Source: a bacterium
Lineage (GTDB): Bacteria > UBA8248
Direction: 5' to 3'
Assembly: GCA_965213685.1 (NCBI GenBank)
Contig: CBDBZY010000044.1
Coordinates: 64,001 to 128,000, forward strand
DNA length: 64,000 nt
Shown: one piece after another, positions 47,702 to 57,859 of the stretch
How the letters are laid out: the number at the start of each line of letters is the position of its first letter
Numbering within the stretch: the first letter of the stretch is position 1
The notes under the pieces: generated by a model
Database searches by the model: none
What the model saw: only the letters and a program-made list of their open reading frames with translations
What the model was told of the DNA's origin: nothing
Translations under genes and position numbers: made by a program

Positions 47702-49144
47702 ATGAACGCATCTCTTTATCCAGAAAACCCCGCAGAGGAGAAGACGGAGGCATCCGGTCCCCGCAACGGGACCGCCGGCGGCAACGGGCATCCCCAGGAT
47801 CATGGCCTGATTCCACTGGAGGCGCCCCGCTATCGACCGATTCTGGTGCAGCATATCGACAATGTTCCCGAGCTGAGGAGCCTCCCCGAGGAGATACGCT
47901 TTTCCATGAAGGTGGTGGGGCACGTGCTGCCCTTCCGCACGAATCGCTACGTGCTGGAGAACCTCATCGACTGGAGCCGGATACCCGAGGACCCGATATT
48001 CCAGCTCTCCTTTCCCCAGAAGGGGATGTTGGCGGAGGAGGACTTCGACCACGTGGCGGATCTCCTGCGGCGGGATGCGCCCAGAGACGAGCTGCACGCC
48101 GCCATCCACGACATCCGGGCGAATCTGAATCCGCACCCCGGCGGGCAGCAGGCGCTGAACGTCCCCACCCTCGACGGGAAGCACCTCGAGGGGATGCAGC
48201 ACAAATACCATGAGACGGTGCTTTTCTTTCCCGGACAGGGGCAGACGTGCCACGCCTATTGCACGTTCTGCTTCCGCTGGGCGCAGTTCGTGGGCGACAA
48301 GGAGCTGCGCTTCATCTCCACGGAAGAGGGTATTCTGCGCGAGTATCTCGCCAGGCATAAGGAGGCGACGGACGTCCTCTTCACCGGCGGCGACCCCATG
48401 ATCATGAAGACGAAGGCACTCGAGGGCTATCTGCTGCCCCTGGCGGAGGATCCGCGCCTCGACCACATCCGCGACATCCGCATCGGCACGAAGGCGCTGA
48501 CTTTCTGGCCGTATCGCTTCACCTCGGACCCCGACGCCGACGATGCGCTTCGTCTTTTCGAGAGGGTCGTGGAGGCGGGCAAGCACGTCGCCATCATGTC
48601 GCATTTCAACCATGGGCACGAGCTCGACACCCCGATCGTGCGCGAGGCCATCCGAAGAATACGGGATACCGGCGCCGTCATCCGGACGCAGGCGCCCCTT
48701 CTGCGGCATATCAACGACGATCCGGACGTGTGGGCGCGCATGTGGAAGGAGCAGGTGCGCCTGGGCCTCGTGCCGTATTACATGTTCGTGGAAAGGGACA
48801 CGGGCGCGAAGCGCTATTTCGAACTGCCCCTGGCGGAGGCGCACGAGATTTATCGAAAGGCCATCCTCCAGGTGTCGGGCCTGGGGCGGACCGCGCGGGG
48901 GCCTGTGATGAGCGCGGCGCCCGGCAAGGTGGAAGTCCTGGGTGTGGAGGAGGTCGGCGGCGAGCGCGTGTTCGTCCTGCACTTCCTGCAGGCGAGAAAC
49001 CCAGAATGGATGGGCCGCCTGTTCTTTGCCGCGTATGATGAGGGCGCCACCTGGCTCGACAAGCTCACGCCTGCGTTCGGCGCGGATTCGTTCTTCTTCG
49101 AGGAGGACTTCGAGAGGATGAAGCAGCGCCTCGTGGCGGGGTAG
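47702..49144 (+). CDS. KamA family radical SAM protein (lysine 2,3-aminomutase-like)
   Basis: QHKY, TCHAYCTFCFR, LFTGGDP, RIGTK, HFNH, PYYMF. Confidence 0.9.
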   Translation: MNASLYPENPAEEKTEASGPRNGTAGGNGHPQDHGLIPLEAPRYRPILVQHIDNVPELRSLPEEIRFSMKVVGHVLPFRTNRYVLENLIDWSRIPEDPIFQLSFPQKGMLAEEDFDHVADLLRRDAPRDELHAAIHDIRANLNPHPGGQQALNVPTLDGKHLEGMQHKYHETVLFFPGQGQTCHAYCTFCFRWAQFVGDKELRFISTEEGILREYLARHKEATDVLFTGGDPMIMKTKALEGYLLPLAEDPRLDHIRDIRIGTKALTFWPYRFTSDPDADDALRLFERVVEAGKHVAIMSHFNHGHELDTPIVREAIRRIRDTGAVIRTQAPLLRHINDDPDVWARMWKEQVRLGLVPYYMFVERDTGAKRYFELPLAEAHEIYRKAILQVSGLGRTARGPVMSAAPGKVEVLGVEEVGGERVFVLHFLQARNPEWMGRLFFAAYDEGATWLDKLTPAFGADSFFFEEDFERMKQRLVAG

Positions 49145-49175
49145 GCGGCCGGCGGATGGTCCGGCCCGCGCTGGA

Positions 49176-49643
49176 TCACCCCCGCGCCATGCGCAGAACC
49201 TCGTCGTATTCTTCCCGGCTGACGGGCTGCACGCTCAGGCGCTGCCCCTTCTGGGTGGTGCGCATCCCCTCGAGTGCGGGGTTTCCCTTGAGCTCTGCCA
49301 GGGAAACGGCGCGGGGGAGCTTCTCCATCGCCTGCAAGTCCACCATGTGCCAGCGGGGGGCGTCGGCGCGGGCCTTGGGGTCGTAGTATTTCGATTTCTC
49401 GTCGTACTGCGTGTGATCGGGATACGATTCCCGCACCACCCGCGCCGTGCCCGCCACGTGGGGCGGCTTCGCGTTCGAGTGGTAGAAGAGAACGAAATCC
49501 CCGACCTTCATCTCCATCATGAAGTTTCGGGCCTGGTAGTTTCGGATGCCGTCCCAGCAGGCGGTCTGTCCGGGCTCCGCCATGAGGTCGTCGAACGAAT
49601 AGGCGTCCTGCTCGCTCTTCATGAGCCAGTATCTTCGCGCCAT
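49176..49643 (-). CDS. EVE domain protein
   Basis: YWLMKSE, WDGIRNYQARN, FYHS, RLSVQPV. Confidence 0.95.
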   Translation of the reverse strand: MARRYWLMKSEQDAYSFDDLMAEPGQTACWDGIRNYQARNFMMEMKVGDFVLFYHSNAKPPHVAGTARVVRESYPDHTQYDEKSKYYDPKARADAPRWHMVDLQAMEKLPRAVSLAELKGNPALEGMRTTQKGQRLSVQPVSREEYDEVLRMARG

Positions 49644-49773
49644 CGAAATCTCTTCTCCACAGATGGGCAGGGAATGCGGGATGCGGGCGAGACTACCACG
49701 CTGCGCGCGGCGGGGGGAACGCTTCGAGCGGATGGCGTCCGGCGTCGTCCCGAGCCATTCGCTCCCGGCGGTC

Positions 49774-50718
49774 TCATCGGGCGGGTTTCACCGCCCCCGC
49801 CGTTTGCAGGTCGGCGAGCTTCAGCGTGTGGAAGAGGAAGTCGTTGCATGGCGTCTTCACGCCCACCTCCGCCCCGATGCGGGAGACTGCGCCGCACAGC
49901 GCGTCGATTTCGAGGCGCCTGCCCGCCTCCAGGTCATGGCACAGGCTCCCCTTGCTGGCCGGGTTTTGCGCGTCCAGGAACCGGTAGCGATCCTCGTCCG
50001 CCCCCTCGGGCAGGTTCACGCCGCTCGCCCGGCCCACCAGATAGACCTCGCGCATCGTCTCGCGCATCATGTTTCTCGTGCCCTCGTAGGCCATGACCTC
50101 GCCGATGGAGGAGCGCGCGAGTGCCGTCACGCCGCCCACCGCGCAGATGAAGATGAACTTCGTCCAGAGCTCCGCCCGGATGTCCCCGGAGTGTTCCGCG
50201 CGAATCCCCGCGTCCCGGAGCTCGGCCAGGATTCTCTCGCCGCGCGCACTCGCACCGCCCGCCATCTCGCCGAAGACCAGGCGCCTCGGCCCGCCGATTT
50301 GCCGGATCAGCCCCGGTGCCGCGACCGAGGTGAATATGTAGGCGGCGGCGCCCATCACGCGCTCCGCGCCGTAGACGGCGGCCAGCCTCTCCTCGTTGTC
50401 CACGCCGTTTTGCAGGTTGAGGATCGCCGTCCCGGGGCCGACCATGGGCGCGATGGCGGGGATGGCGGCGGGGTTGGCCGTCGTTTTCACGCAGTAGAGG
50501 ATGACGTCGCACGCGCCCGCCTCCGCAGGGGAGTCCGTGAACATGCCTTCGCGCCAGACGAAGTCTCCGGGCGCCGCGCTTTCCACGCGGAGCCCCCCTT
50601 TCCGCATGGCCTCGAGGTGCGGCCCCCGCGCGATGAAGACGACCTCCTTGCCGCTCCGCGCCAGCAGGGCGCCGAAGTAGCCGCCCACGCCTCCTGCCGC
50701 CATGACGCCGAAACGCAT
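49774..50718 (-). CDS. panE: 2-dehydropantoate 2-reductase
   Basis: AGGVGGYFG, VK, LQNGV, WTKF, SL..DL..GRRLEID. Confidence 0.9.
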   Translation of the reverse strand: MRFGVMAAGGVGGYFGALLARSGKEVVFIARGPHLEAMRKGGLRVESAAPGDFVWREGMFTDSPAEAGACDVILYCVKTTANPAAIPAIAPMVGPGTAILNLQNGVDNEERLAAVYGAERVMGAAAYIFTSVAAPGLIRQIGGPRRLVFGEMAGGASARGERILAELRDAGIRAEHSGDIRAELWTKFIFICAVGGVTALARSSIGEVMAYEGTRNMMRETMREVYLVGRASGVNLPEGADEDRYRFLDAQNPASKGSLCHDLEAGRRLEIDALCGAVSRIGAEVGVKTPCNDFLFHTLKLADLQTAGAVKPAR

Positions 50719-50747
50719 GTTCGCTCCTTCTCGGAAGGGAGGGCGAC

Positions 50748-51653
50748 CTACACGTCCCGCTCCCCGTCTCCGGGAGGGGGGGCCGCCTTCGCGAGTGCGT
50801 CGCCCGGCCGCGCGCGGTTGTCCGCCCCGCCGTTTTGCGGCGGCGCCTCGTCCGCCGGGATGATCGCACCCGCACTCCCCAACGCGCCCCAATCCAGGCT
50901 GTCGGCGGCTTCGAACTCCTCGGGCCTCGGCATATCCGAGAGGCTCTTGAAGCCGAAGTGCTCGAGGAACAGGGGCGTGGTGCCATAGACGATGGGCCGG
51001 CCCACGACGTCGCGGCGCCCGAGAACGCGGATGAGGCCGCGCTCGAGCAGGGTGTGCAGCACCCCGCCGCAATCCACCCGCCGGACTTCCTCGACCTCCG
51101 CTTTGGCGATGGGCTGCTTGTAGGCCAGGATGGCCAGGGTTTCGAGGGCCGCCTGGGATAGCCTGGCCTTTTTCTCGGCCTTCAGGAATCGCTTGATCCA
51201 GGGGGAGAACTCCGCCCGCGTGCACAGGCGGAAGCCCTCGGCCACCTCGACGATCTGGAGTGCCCTGTCCCGGTATTCCTCCACCAGCTCGCCCAGGAGT
51301 TTTCGGACGACCCGGACGTTGACGTTGGACACGCCCCGGAACAGGGCGGAGACGTCCCTCGGCCGGAGCGGGTCGCGCGCGACGAGGAGGATGGACTCGA
51401 TGACGCGCCTGGCTTCGCCCAAATCCATGAGGAGCGGCGCGTCCCCGTCGGCGGCCATCTCCGGCGGCGCCTCGGCGTATTCTTTCTGCTCATCTATCTC
51501 GAAGGCCGTCTCCTCCCGCATCTCCTCCATGGCCTTCATCTGGTGCTCCGCCAACGCCCTGGCCGCCGCGTCCGGAACGGACGCCTCGTCTCCCGCCAGT
51601 TCGAAGGGCGTCTCGGGTTCCGTCCGCGCCGCCGCTCGCTTTGGGTCATTCAT
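50748..51653 (-). CDS. scpB: SMC-Scp complex subunit ScpB
   Basis: LSQAALETLAILAYKQP, GRPIVYGTT..FLEHFG. Confidence 0.95.
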   Translation of the reverse strand: MNDPKRAAARTEPETPFELAGDEASVPDAAARALAEHQMKAMEEMREETAFEIDEQKEYAEAPPEMAADGDAPLLMDLGEARRVIESILLVARDPLRPRDVSALFRGVSNVNVRVVRKLLGELVEEYRDRALQIVEVAEGFRLCTRAEFSPWIKRFLKAEKKARLSQAALETLAILAYKQPIAKAEVEEVRRVDCGGVLHTLLERGLIRVLGRRDVVGRPIVYGTTPLFLEHFGFKSLSDMPRPEEFEAADSLDWGALGSAGAIIPADEAPPQNGGADNRARPGDALAKAAPPPGDGERDV

Positions 51654-52551
51654 CGCGCACCGCCTTCATGATATGGATTTCACCGAAATTCGACGCCTGC
51701 CGCGCCACGACAAGGTTTCCCTTGACGAGTTCGAGGAGCGCCAGGAATACGACCACCACTTCGAGCACGCGCCTCGTCTCGAACAACTTGTGGAAGAGGA
51801 CGCCGCGCGCGCCCGCTTCTTCCAGGGCGCCCAGCAGCCTGGCCCGCATGTCGGCGACCTCGAGCGCGTCGACCTCCACGAGGTGCGCGCCCTCCTCCCC
51901 GACGGATTCGACCAGGCGCCGCATGGCGCTGAGCAGGTCGAAAACGCTCGCTTGCAGCCCGGGCGCCTCTTCCGCCCCCTCCCCGGGGAGGGACGCCTCG
52001 CCGCCGTCCCGCCCGTATATCCAGGATTGCGCTTCCTCGGCGTGGCGAAACGCCTGGCTGATTTTTTTGAATTTCTGGTATTCGATGAGCTGGTGCTGCA
52101 GCTCCCGCCTCAGCGCCTCGGGGTCCTCCTCCCCTTCCGCCTCCTCCGCCGTCTGGGGCAGCAAGATTCTGCTCTTGACGTAGACCAGATGCGCGGCCAT
52201 GACGAGGTATTCGGACGCCAGGTTGATGTTCAGCTGCCGGAGCAGCTCCACATATTCGAGATATTGCTCGGTGATGAACGCGATCGGGATGTCGTGAATG
52301 TCCAGCCGGTGCTCGCGCACCAAGTGAACCAGCAGCTCGAGCGGCCCTTCAAAAGCGTCGATTTTGACGTGAAACCGCTCCGAATCGCCGCCGCTGCGCG
52401 GGGGTGCGCCGTCGTCTGCGGGGGCGTCTTCCGCCGGTGCGGGCCCGGTTTCCAGGATTTCCCGGCCCGCCGCCGGGTCGCCGGCCAGCTCCAGCGTCCC
52501 GGAAGCCGCGGGCCGCCCCCCGGCTCCAGGCGCGTTCTCCTGGGGGTCCAT
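51646..52551 (-). CDS. scpA: Segregation/condensation protein A
   Basis: FEGPLELL, ITEQYL, EYLVMAA.L..KSR.LLP, FLALLEL. Confidence 0.95.
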   Translation of the reverse strand: MDPQENAPGAGGRPAASGTLELAGDPAAGREILETGPAPAEDAPADDGAPPRSGGDSERFHVKIDAFEGPLELLVHLVREHRLDIHDIPIAFITEQYLEYVELLRQLNINLASEYLVMAAHLVYVKSRILLPQTAEEAEGEEDPEALRRELQHQLIEYQKFKKISQAFRHAEEAQSWIYGRDGGEASLPGEGAEEAPGLQASVFDLLSAMRRLVESVGEEGAHLVEVDALEVADMRARLLGALEEAGARGVLFHKLFETRRVLEVVVVFLALLELVKGNLVVARQASNFGEIHIMKAVRDE

Positions 52552-52805
52552 GCGCATCCCAGACGGGCGAAGTGTGGGGCGTCTCCTGTGGGGCAATTTC
52601 TGAAAACCGCGGGCGGGGAGGCTCGCGGTCGCCCTCGAACCGTCCCCACCCTAGGAGATGCCCGCGTCCTTGTCAAATGGACGAAATCCGCCCCTCCGGA
52701 GGGTTCCGGCTCCCGTGCGCGCAAACTTCCGGATGTGCGGGTCTTGAGGAGCGCGCGTCCGTGGGGGATAATCAGGGCGTCGAATCATCGGACGGGGAGA
52801 GGTCG

Positions 52806-53648
52806 ATGGCGGACAAAATCATGTCTCTCGCGGAAGCGGCTGCCCTGGTGCGCGACGGGGATCTGCTCGCTCTGGGCGGAAACGCGCTCACGCGGATTCC
52901 CGCCGCCTTCGTCCGGCAGCTCGCCCGCCAGGGACGCGAGGACTTGCGTCTCGTGAAGACGGCGGGGGCCTATGACGTTGATTTGCTCTGCGCGGCGGGC
53001 GCCGTCGCCCAAACGCAGACGGGCTACGTGGGCTTCGAGAACCTCTTCGGCCTCGCGCCCTCCTATCGCCGCGGCGTGGAGGAGGGCCGCGTGCGCGCAC
53101 TCGAGCACGCCTGCTCCACGATCATCGCGGGCCTCCGGGCCGCCGCCTATGGCCTGCCGAGCCAGCCCGTGGCGGGCCTGGACGGGAGCGACGTGGCGGG
53201 GCATACGGGTTTTCGCCGGGTGAAGGACCCCTACACGGGCGCCCCCGTCTACATGATTCCCCGAATCAGGCCGAGGTTTGCCGTGCTCCACGTGCCGCAT
53301 GCCGACGCGCTGGGAAACGCGCGGATAGCGGGCGGCGCGTTCGAGGACGTCCTGATGTCCCGCGCCGCCGATGCTGTGATCCTGACCGCCGAGCGCATCG
53401 AGGAGACCGCGTTTTTCGTCGAGAAGCCGGACAGGACGGCGGTTCCCGCCTTCATGGTGGAAGCGGTCGTCCACGCCCCGGGGGGTGCGCGCCCCGGGGG
53501 GTGCCACCCCTTTTACGACATCGATGAGGATGCGGTGGGCGCCTACCTCGACTCGGCCTCCCGCGCGGAATCCCTCCAGGCCCATCTGGAGTCGTGGGAG
53601 GCGCGCGACCATGCGGAAAGCGCGGCGGCCCCCGGGGACGCCGCGTGA
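52806..53648 (+). CDS. CoA-transferase subunit A (glutaconate CoA-transferase-like)
   Basis: KIMSLAEAA..VRDGD, GLRAAAYGLP, DPYTG, ADALGN. Confidence 0.85.
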   Translation: MADKIMSLAEAAALVRDGDLLALGGNALTRIPAAFVRQLARQGREDLRLVKTAGAYDVDLLCAAGAVAQTQTGYVGFENLFGLAPSYRRGVEEGRVRALEHACSTIIAGLRAAAYGLPSQPVAGLDGSDVAGHTGFRRVKDPYTGAPVYMIPRIRPRFAVLHVPHADALGNARIAGGAFEDVLMSRAADAVILTAERIEETAFFVEKPDRTAVPAFMVEAVVHAPGGARPGGCHPFYDIDEDAVGAYLDSASRAESLQAHLESWEARDHAESAAAPGDAA

Positions 53649-54397
53649 GTGTGGCCTCGCGGACGCGCGCGCCGGAGGAGGCGCGCGCCCTCGCCGACAG
53701 GATGGCGATTTTTTTGTCCAGGTTCATTCGGGACGGGGAAATCGTGTTTCACGGCGTGGCCTCGCCGCTGCCGATGGCGGCGATTGCGATGGCCAGAGAA
53801 TCCCATGCGCCGAACCTGACCTACCTCAACATACCGGGTGGCGTGAACCCCCGCCCCTCTTATCTGCCGGGCTCCACGGTGGCGCGGCAGCTCATGGAGG
53901 GGGCGCTCTCCTATTTTCCCCTCATGGAAATTTTCGACCTCTCGGCCCGCGGCGGGCTTGACCTGGCGTTTCTGGGCGGTGCGCAAATCGACGCGCGCGG
54001 CGACGTGAACCTCTCTTTTATCGGGGAGCCGGCGGCGCCGAGGGTGCGGCTTCCGGGCGGGGCGGGCAGTGCGCACATTCTGCCCACCGCCAGGCGGACC
54101 GTGCTCTGGCGCACGGCGCATGACGCGAGGACGTTTCCCGCTCGCTGCGACTACGTGACCGCCTCCGGCAACGTGGCGGGGGTGGTGACCCCCCTGTGCA
54201 TTTTTCAGAAGACGGACGGCCGCCTGCGGGTGGAGTCGATGCATGCCGGGGTGACGCCAGACGCCCTGCGCGCCGCCACGGGGTTCGACCCGGGGGATTT
54301 GGAGCGCGTCCCCGCGACGCCGGAGCCAACGGCCGCCGAGCGCGCGGCACTCGACGCCGCAGACCCGGAGGGCGTCCGCCTGCGCGAGTTCATCTGA
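53645..54397 (+). CDS. CoA-transferase subunit B (glutaconate CoA-transferase-like)
   Basis: FLGGAQIDARGDVN, RLPGGAG, GVT...LR..TGF. Confidence 0.85.
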   Translation: MSVASRTRAPEEARALADRMAIFLSRFIRDGEIVFHGVASPLPMAAIAMARESHAPNLTYLNIPGGVNPRPSYLPGSTVARQLMEGALSYFPLMEIFDLSARGGLDLAFLGGAQIDARGDVNLSFIGEPAAPRVRLPGGAGSAHILPTARRTVLWRTAHDARTFPARCDYVTASGNVAGVVTPLCIFQKTDGRLRVESMHAGVTPDALRAATGFDPGDLERVPATPEPTAAERAALDAADPEGVRLREFI

Positions 54398-54413
54398 TCG
54401 GGAACTTCCTTTC

Positions 54414-55349
54414 ATGCCGCAGAAAAAGTTCGACGCCGTGGGAGTCGGCCTCAATTCCGTGGACCAGCTTTGCCTGGTGAGCGCGTATCCGCCGCCCGAT
54501 ACCAAAAACGGGATTCTGGAGATGGCGCGCGCGGGGGGCGGCCAGGCGGCGACGACCATGGCGGGACTGGCGCGCCTGGGCCTTCGGGCGGCCTACATCG
54601 GCGCGGTGGGCGATGATGAGGCGGGCGCCTTCTCCCTGGAGAGCCTGCGGGCGGAGGGCGTGAACGTGGACGGGGTTGTCACCCAGAAGGGGCGGGCGAG
54701 CCAGTTCGCCGTCATCATCGTGCAGCGCGAGGGAGCCCGGCAGGAGCGGGGGACGCGAACGATTCTCTGGCGGCGCGAGGTCTCCCTGTCCCCCGGCGAC
54801 GTTCGGGAGGAGGTCGTGAGAGCCGGCCGCTCCCTGCATCTGGACGGCCACAACGTTGAGGCGGAAATCCTGGCGGCGCGGTGGGCGCGCGAGGAGGGCG
54901 CTCCCGTATTCCTGGACGCGGAGCGGGCGCCCGAGGGGATGGACGCGCTCATCGGCCTCACGGATTATCTGGTGGCGGCGGAGGGATTTCCCGCCCTGCT
55001 CACCGGAGCCTCCGACCACCGCGAGGGGCTGCGCCTGCTGCACGCGATGGGCCCCGGGGTGGTGGGCGTCACCCTGGGCGCGCGCGGTGCGCTCGCGTAT
55101 GACGGGAGGCGCTTTTACGAGGCGCCGGGCTTCCGCGTGGACGCCCGCGACACCACGGGGGCGGGCGATGCGTTTCGCGCCGGGTTCTTGTATGGCGCGT
55201 TGCGCGGGATGGGGCTTGCGGATACGTTGCGCTTCGCCAACGCGGTCGCCGCGATGAGTTGCGCCGCCCTGGGGGGAAGGGCCGCGCTTCCTCGCCTGGA
55301 CGAGGCGCGCGCCTTTCTGCGGGATCACGCACGACGGGAGGGCGCATGA
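54414..55349 (+). CDS. PfkB family carbohydrate kinase
   Basis: GGQAAT, GAVGDD, VTLGARG, DTTGAGDAF. Confidence 0.93.
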   Translation: MPQKKFDAVGVGLNSVDQLCLVSAYPPPDTKNGILEMARAGGGQAATTMAGLARLGLRAAYIGAVGDDEAGAFSLESLRAEGVNVDGVVTQKGRASQFAVIIVQREGARQERGTRTILWRREVSLSPGDVREEVVRAGRSLHLDGHNVEAEILAARWAREEGAPVFLDAERAPEGMDALIGLTDYLVAAEGFPALLTGASDHREGLRLLHAMGPGVVGVTLGARGALAYDGRRFYEAPGFRVDARDTTGAGDAFRAGFLYGALRGMGLADTLRFANAVAAMSCAALGGRAALPRLDEARAFLRDHARREGA

Positions 55350-56581
55350 GGAGCGCATCCGGAGATTCGGGCGCCGCCCTCGCGGTGCTTTTCTTCTCGG
55401 CGATTCTGGGCGGCTGCGACCTCCTGCCCGAGTTCGGCCCGCCGAAGGAGTCCGTCTCGGGCGTCATTCGGATGGGGAAGAACCTGCCGGTCCAGGCGTG
55501 GCGCACGCGCGCGCTCTTCATCATCCTGGATCGGGAGGGAGGCGGGCCGCCGCTGGCCGTCCAGCGCCTGGTGGAGACGCGGTTTCCCTACCGATACGTC
55601 GTCACGAAAGACGACATGATGATTCGCGGCGGGAAGTTTTCCGGCCGCGTCCGCGTCCGCGCCCGCCTGGATGCGGACGGCGTTCCGGGCCCGCTGGTCC
55701 GGGGCGATTTCGAGGGGCGGGCCCCCCGCCCGGTCTCCGTGGGCGCGCGTAACGTGGACGTGCTGATCGACGAGGTCGGCACGGCACCCCCGCCGCTGGC
55801 CGCGAAAAAGCCCTCCCCCGGCGTCGCCCCCTCCCCGAAGCCCCCCGCCCCGCCGGCCGGGGCCGGCCGGACGATTCGGGGCGTGGTTCGCCTCGCCCCC
55901 GCCCTGGCGGAAAAGGCGGCGGGCAAGGCGGCCCTGTTCCTCATCGCGCGAACGAAGGGTGCTGGCGGCCCCCCGCTGGCGGTCATGCGGATTGCGAACC
56001 CCCGGTTTCCCCTGCGGTTCACGATGAGTGCGCAGGACGTGATGCTACGCGGGGCGGCGTTCTCCGGCGAGGTCGTCCTCACGGCGCAGCTCGATGGCGA
56101 CGGAAAGGTCGGGACGCAGGCGGGCGACGTCCTGGGGGGCGCGCGCGGGCCGGTCCGGGTGGGCGCGGTGGGCGTGGAGGTCCTTCTGTCCCGGCAGGTG
56201 GGAGGAGCGCCCCCCCGAGGCTCCGCCGCACCGCCCGGGGCGGCCGGAGTCATTTCGGGGACGATCGAGGTCGCCCCCGCCTTGCGGGCGGGAGCGGCGG
56301 ATAAGCCCGTCCTGTTTCTGGTGGCGCGCAAGGCCGGCCAGGGCCCCCCGCTGGCGGTCGTGCGCGTGGTGCGGCCCCGCTTTCCCCTGGCGTTCGAGAT
56401 TTCGCGGCGAGACGTCATGATTCCGGGCGCGGCGTTTCAGGGGATGGTCTCGCTCACCGCGCGCCTGGACGCGGATGGCGCGGCGGGCCCGGCGAGCGCA
56501 GGCGACCTCGAGGGCCGCTCGGCACGCCCCGTGCGCGTGGGGACGCGGGGCGTCCGCATCGTCATCGACAGGGCGTTCTGA
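55346..56581 (+). CDS. Lipoprotein with three tandem CcmI/CycH C-terminal-like Ig domains
   Basis: LGGC lipobox; three copies of LF..A/L...GGPPLAV.R....FP.....DxM..G..F.G.V...A.LD.DG....GD..G. Confidence 0.75.
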   Translation: MRSASGDSGAALAVLFFSAILGGCDLLPEFGPPKESVSGVIRMGKNLPVQAWRTRALFIILDREGGGPPLAVQRLVETRFPYRYVVTKDDMMIRGGKFSGRVRVRARLDADGVPGPLVRGDFEGRAPRPVSVGARNVDVLIDEVGTAPPPLAAKKPSPGVAPSPKPPAPPAGAGRTIRGVVRLAPALAEKAAGKAALFLIARTKGAGGPPLAVMRIANPRFPLRFTMSAQDVMLRGAAFSGEVVLTAQLDGDGKVGTQAGDVLGGARGPVRVGAVGVEVLLSRQVGGAPPRGSAAPPGAAGVISGTIEVAPALRAGAADKPVLFLVARKAGQGPPLAVVRVVRPRFPLAFEISRRDVMIPGAAFQGMVSLTARLDADGAAGPASAGDLEGRSARPVRVGTRGVRIVIDRAF

Positions 56582-56754
56582 CGGCGGCGCGGGGCGAACG
56601 CGCTTTTGGACGCGGGCGCGCACCGCCCGCCCTTCCGCGGATCCATGGCCCCGCGCTCTGGCGCGGCGGCGGCAAAGGGTGCATAATCGTCCCCAAGAAT
56701 TCGCTTCAAGACAGAGTGTTTCGTCATTCACGCGCTGGATAAGGAGAAGTCCTG

Positions 56755-57771
56755 GTGATCATCGACCCCCATGCCCACATCGCTCCGGAGAGCTTCATCG
56801 AAGACGTGCGCCAGGGCCGCTTTGGCGACGCCGTGACCATCGAGGCGGGCGATCCGTGGGAGCAGCTCGTCACGAAGACCACCGTCCTGGGAGAGGAGCG
56901 CGTTCACAAGAATCCGTTGCCGAAAGAGACCTATGACGTCGAGATGCGCCTGAGCGACATGGCGAACAACCAGAACGTGGACATGCAGATACTCTCCGTC
57001 GTTCCGCCGATGACGCACTATGCGCTGGACGCGGGGCTGAACAGGGAGCTGTCCGCCTCGTTGAACGACGCGCTCACGGCGCTCACGAAAGCGCACCCCG
57101 AGCGGTTTCTCTGCATGGCGCAGATTCCGCTCCAGGCGCCGGAGGCGGCGGCGGCGGAGCTCGACCGCGCGGTGAAAAACGGCCACCTCGGCTGCCAGAT
57201 TGGATCGAACGTGGCCGGGAAGAACCTGGACGATCCGGCGCTCGACGTCGTGTGGGCGAAAGCGTGCGAACATGACGTGCCGATCTTCATCCACCCGGTG
57301 GACGTGATGGGCGTCAACGACAGGCTCCGGGACTATTACTTGCGAAATTTCATCGGGAATCCGCTCGACACGACGATATCCATCGCCTGCCTGATCTTCG
57401 GCGGCGTGTTCGACCGCTTCCCGAACATCAAGTTTCTGGTGTCCCACGTGGGCGGCTTCACGCCCTGGATTCGGGGCCGCTGGCAGCACGGCTACGGCGA
57501 GCGCAGGGAGCCCAAGGTTCATGGTGCCAAGGACCCCGAGCAGTATTTCGGCAAGATTTACTACGACACGATCATCCACAACGCGGATTCGTTCGAGTTC
57601 GCCGTGAACACGCTGGGGGTGGACAGGATTCTCTATGGCACGGACTATCCCTTCGACATGGGCTACCTCGGCGCGGCGCGGGAGATTCCGGGGCTTTCGC
57701 GCTTCCCGGAGGCGGACCAGGAAAAAATGCTTTACGGGAACGTGAAGAAACTCTACGGGCTGGAGGTGTGA
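56755..57771 (+). CDS. Amidohydrolase_2 family protein (ACMSD-like)
   Basis: IDPHAH, IFIHP, GNPLDT, SHVGG, YYDT, GTDYPF. Confidence 0.9.
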   Translation: MIIDPHAHIAPESFIEDVRQGRFGDAVTIEAGDPWEQLVTKTTVLGEERVHKNPLPKETYDVEMRLSDMANNQNVDMQILSVVPPMTHYALDAGLNRELSASLNDALTALTKAHPERFLCMAQIPLQAPEAAAAELDRAVKNGHLGCQIGSNVAGKNLDDPALDVVWAKACEHDVPIFIHPVDVMGVNDRLRDYYLRNFIGNPLDTTISIACLIFGGVFDRFPNIKFLVSHVGGFTPWIRGRWQHGYGERREPKVHGAKDPEQYFGKIYYDTIIHNADSFEFAVNTLGVDRILYGTDYPFDMGYLGAAREIPGLSRFPEADQEKMLYGNVKKLYGLEV

Positions 57772-57859
57772 GGTGTGAAGAGACGGGGCGGCGCGGACGT
57801 TCGCGGGGAGAACGCGGCCGCGCGGCCCGCGAGGACGCTCCCGTCACGAGGGTGAGCAC

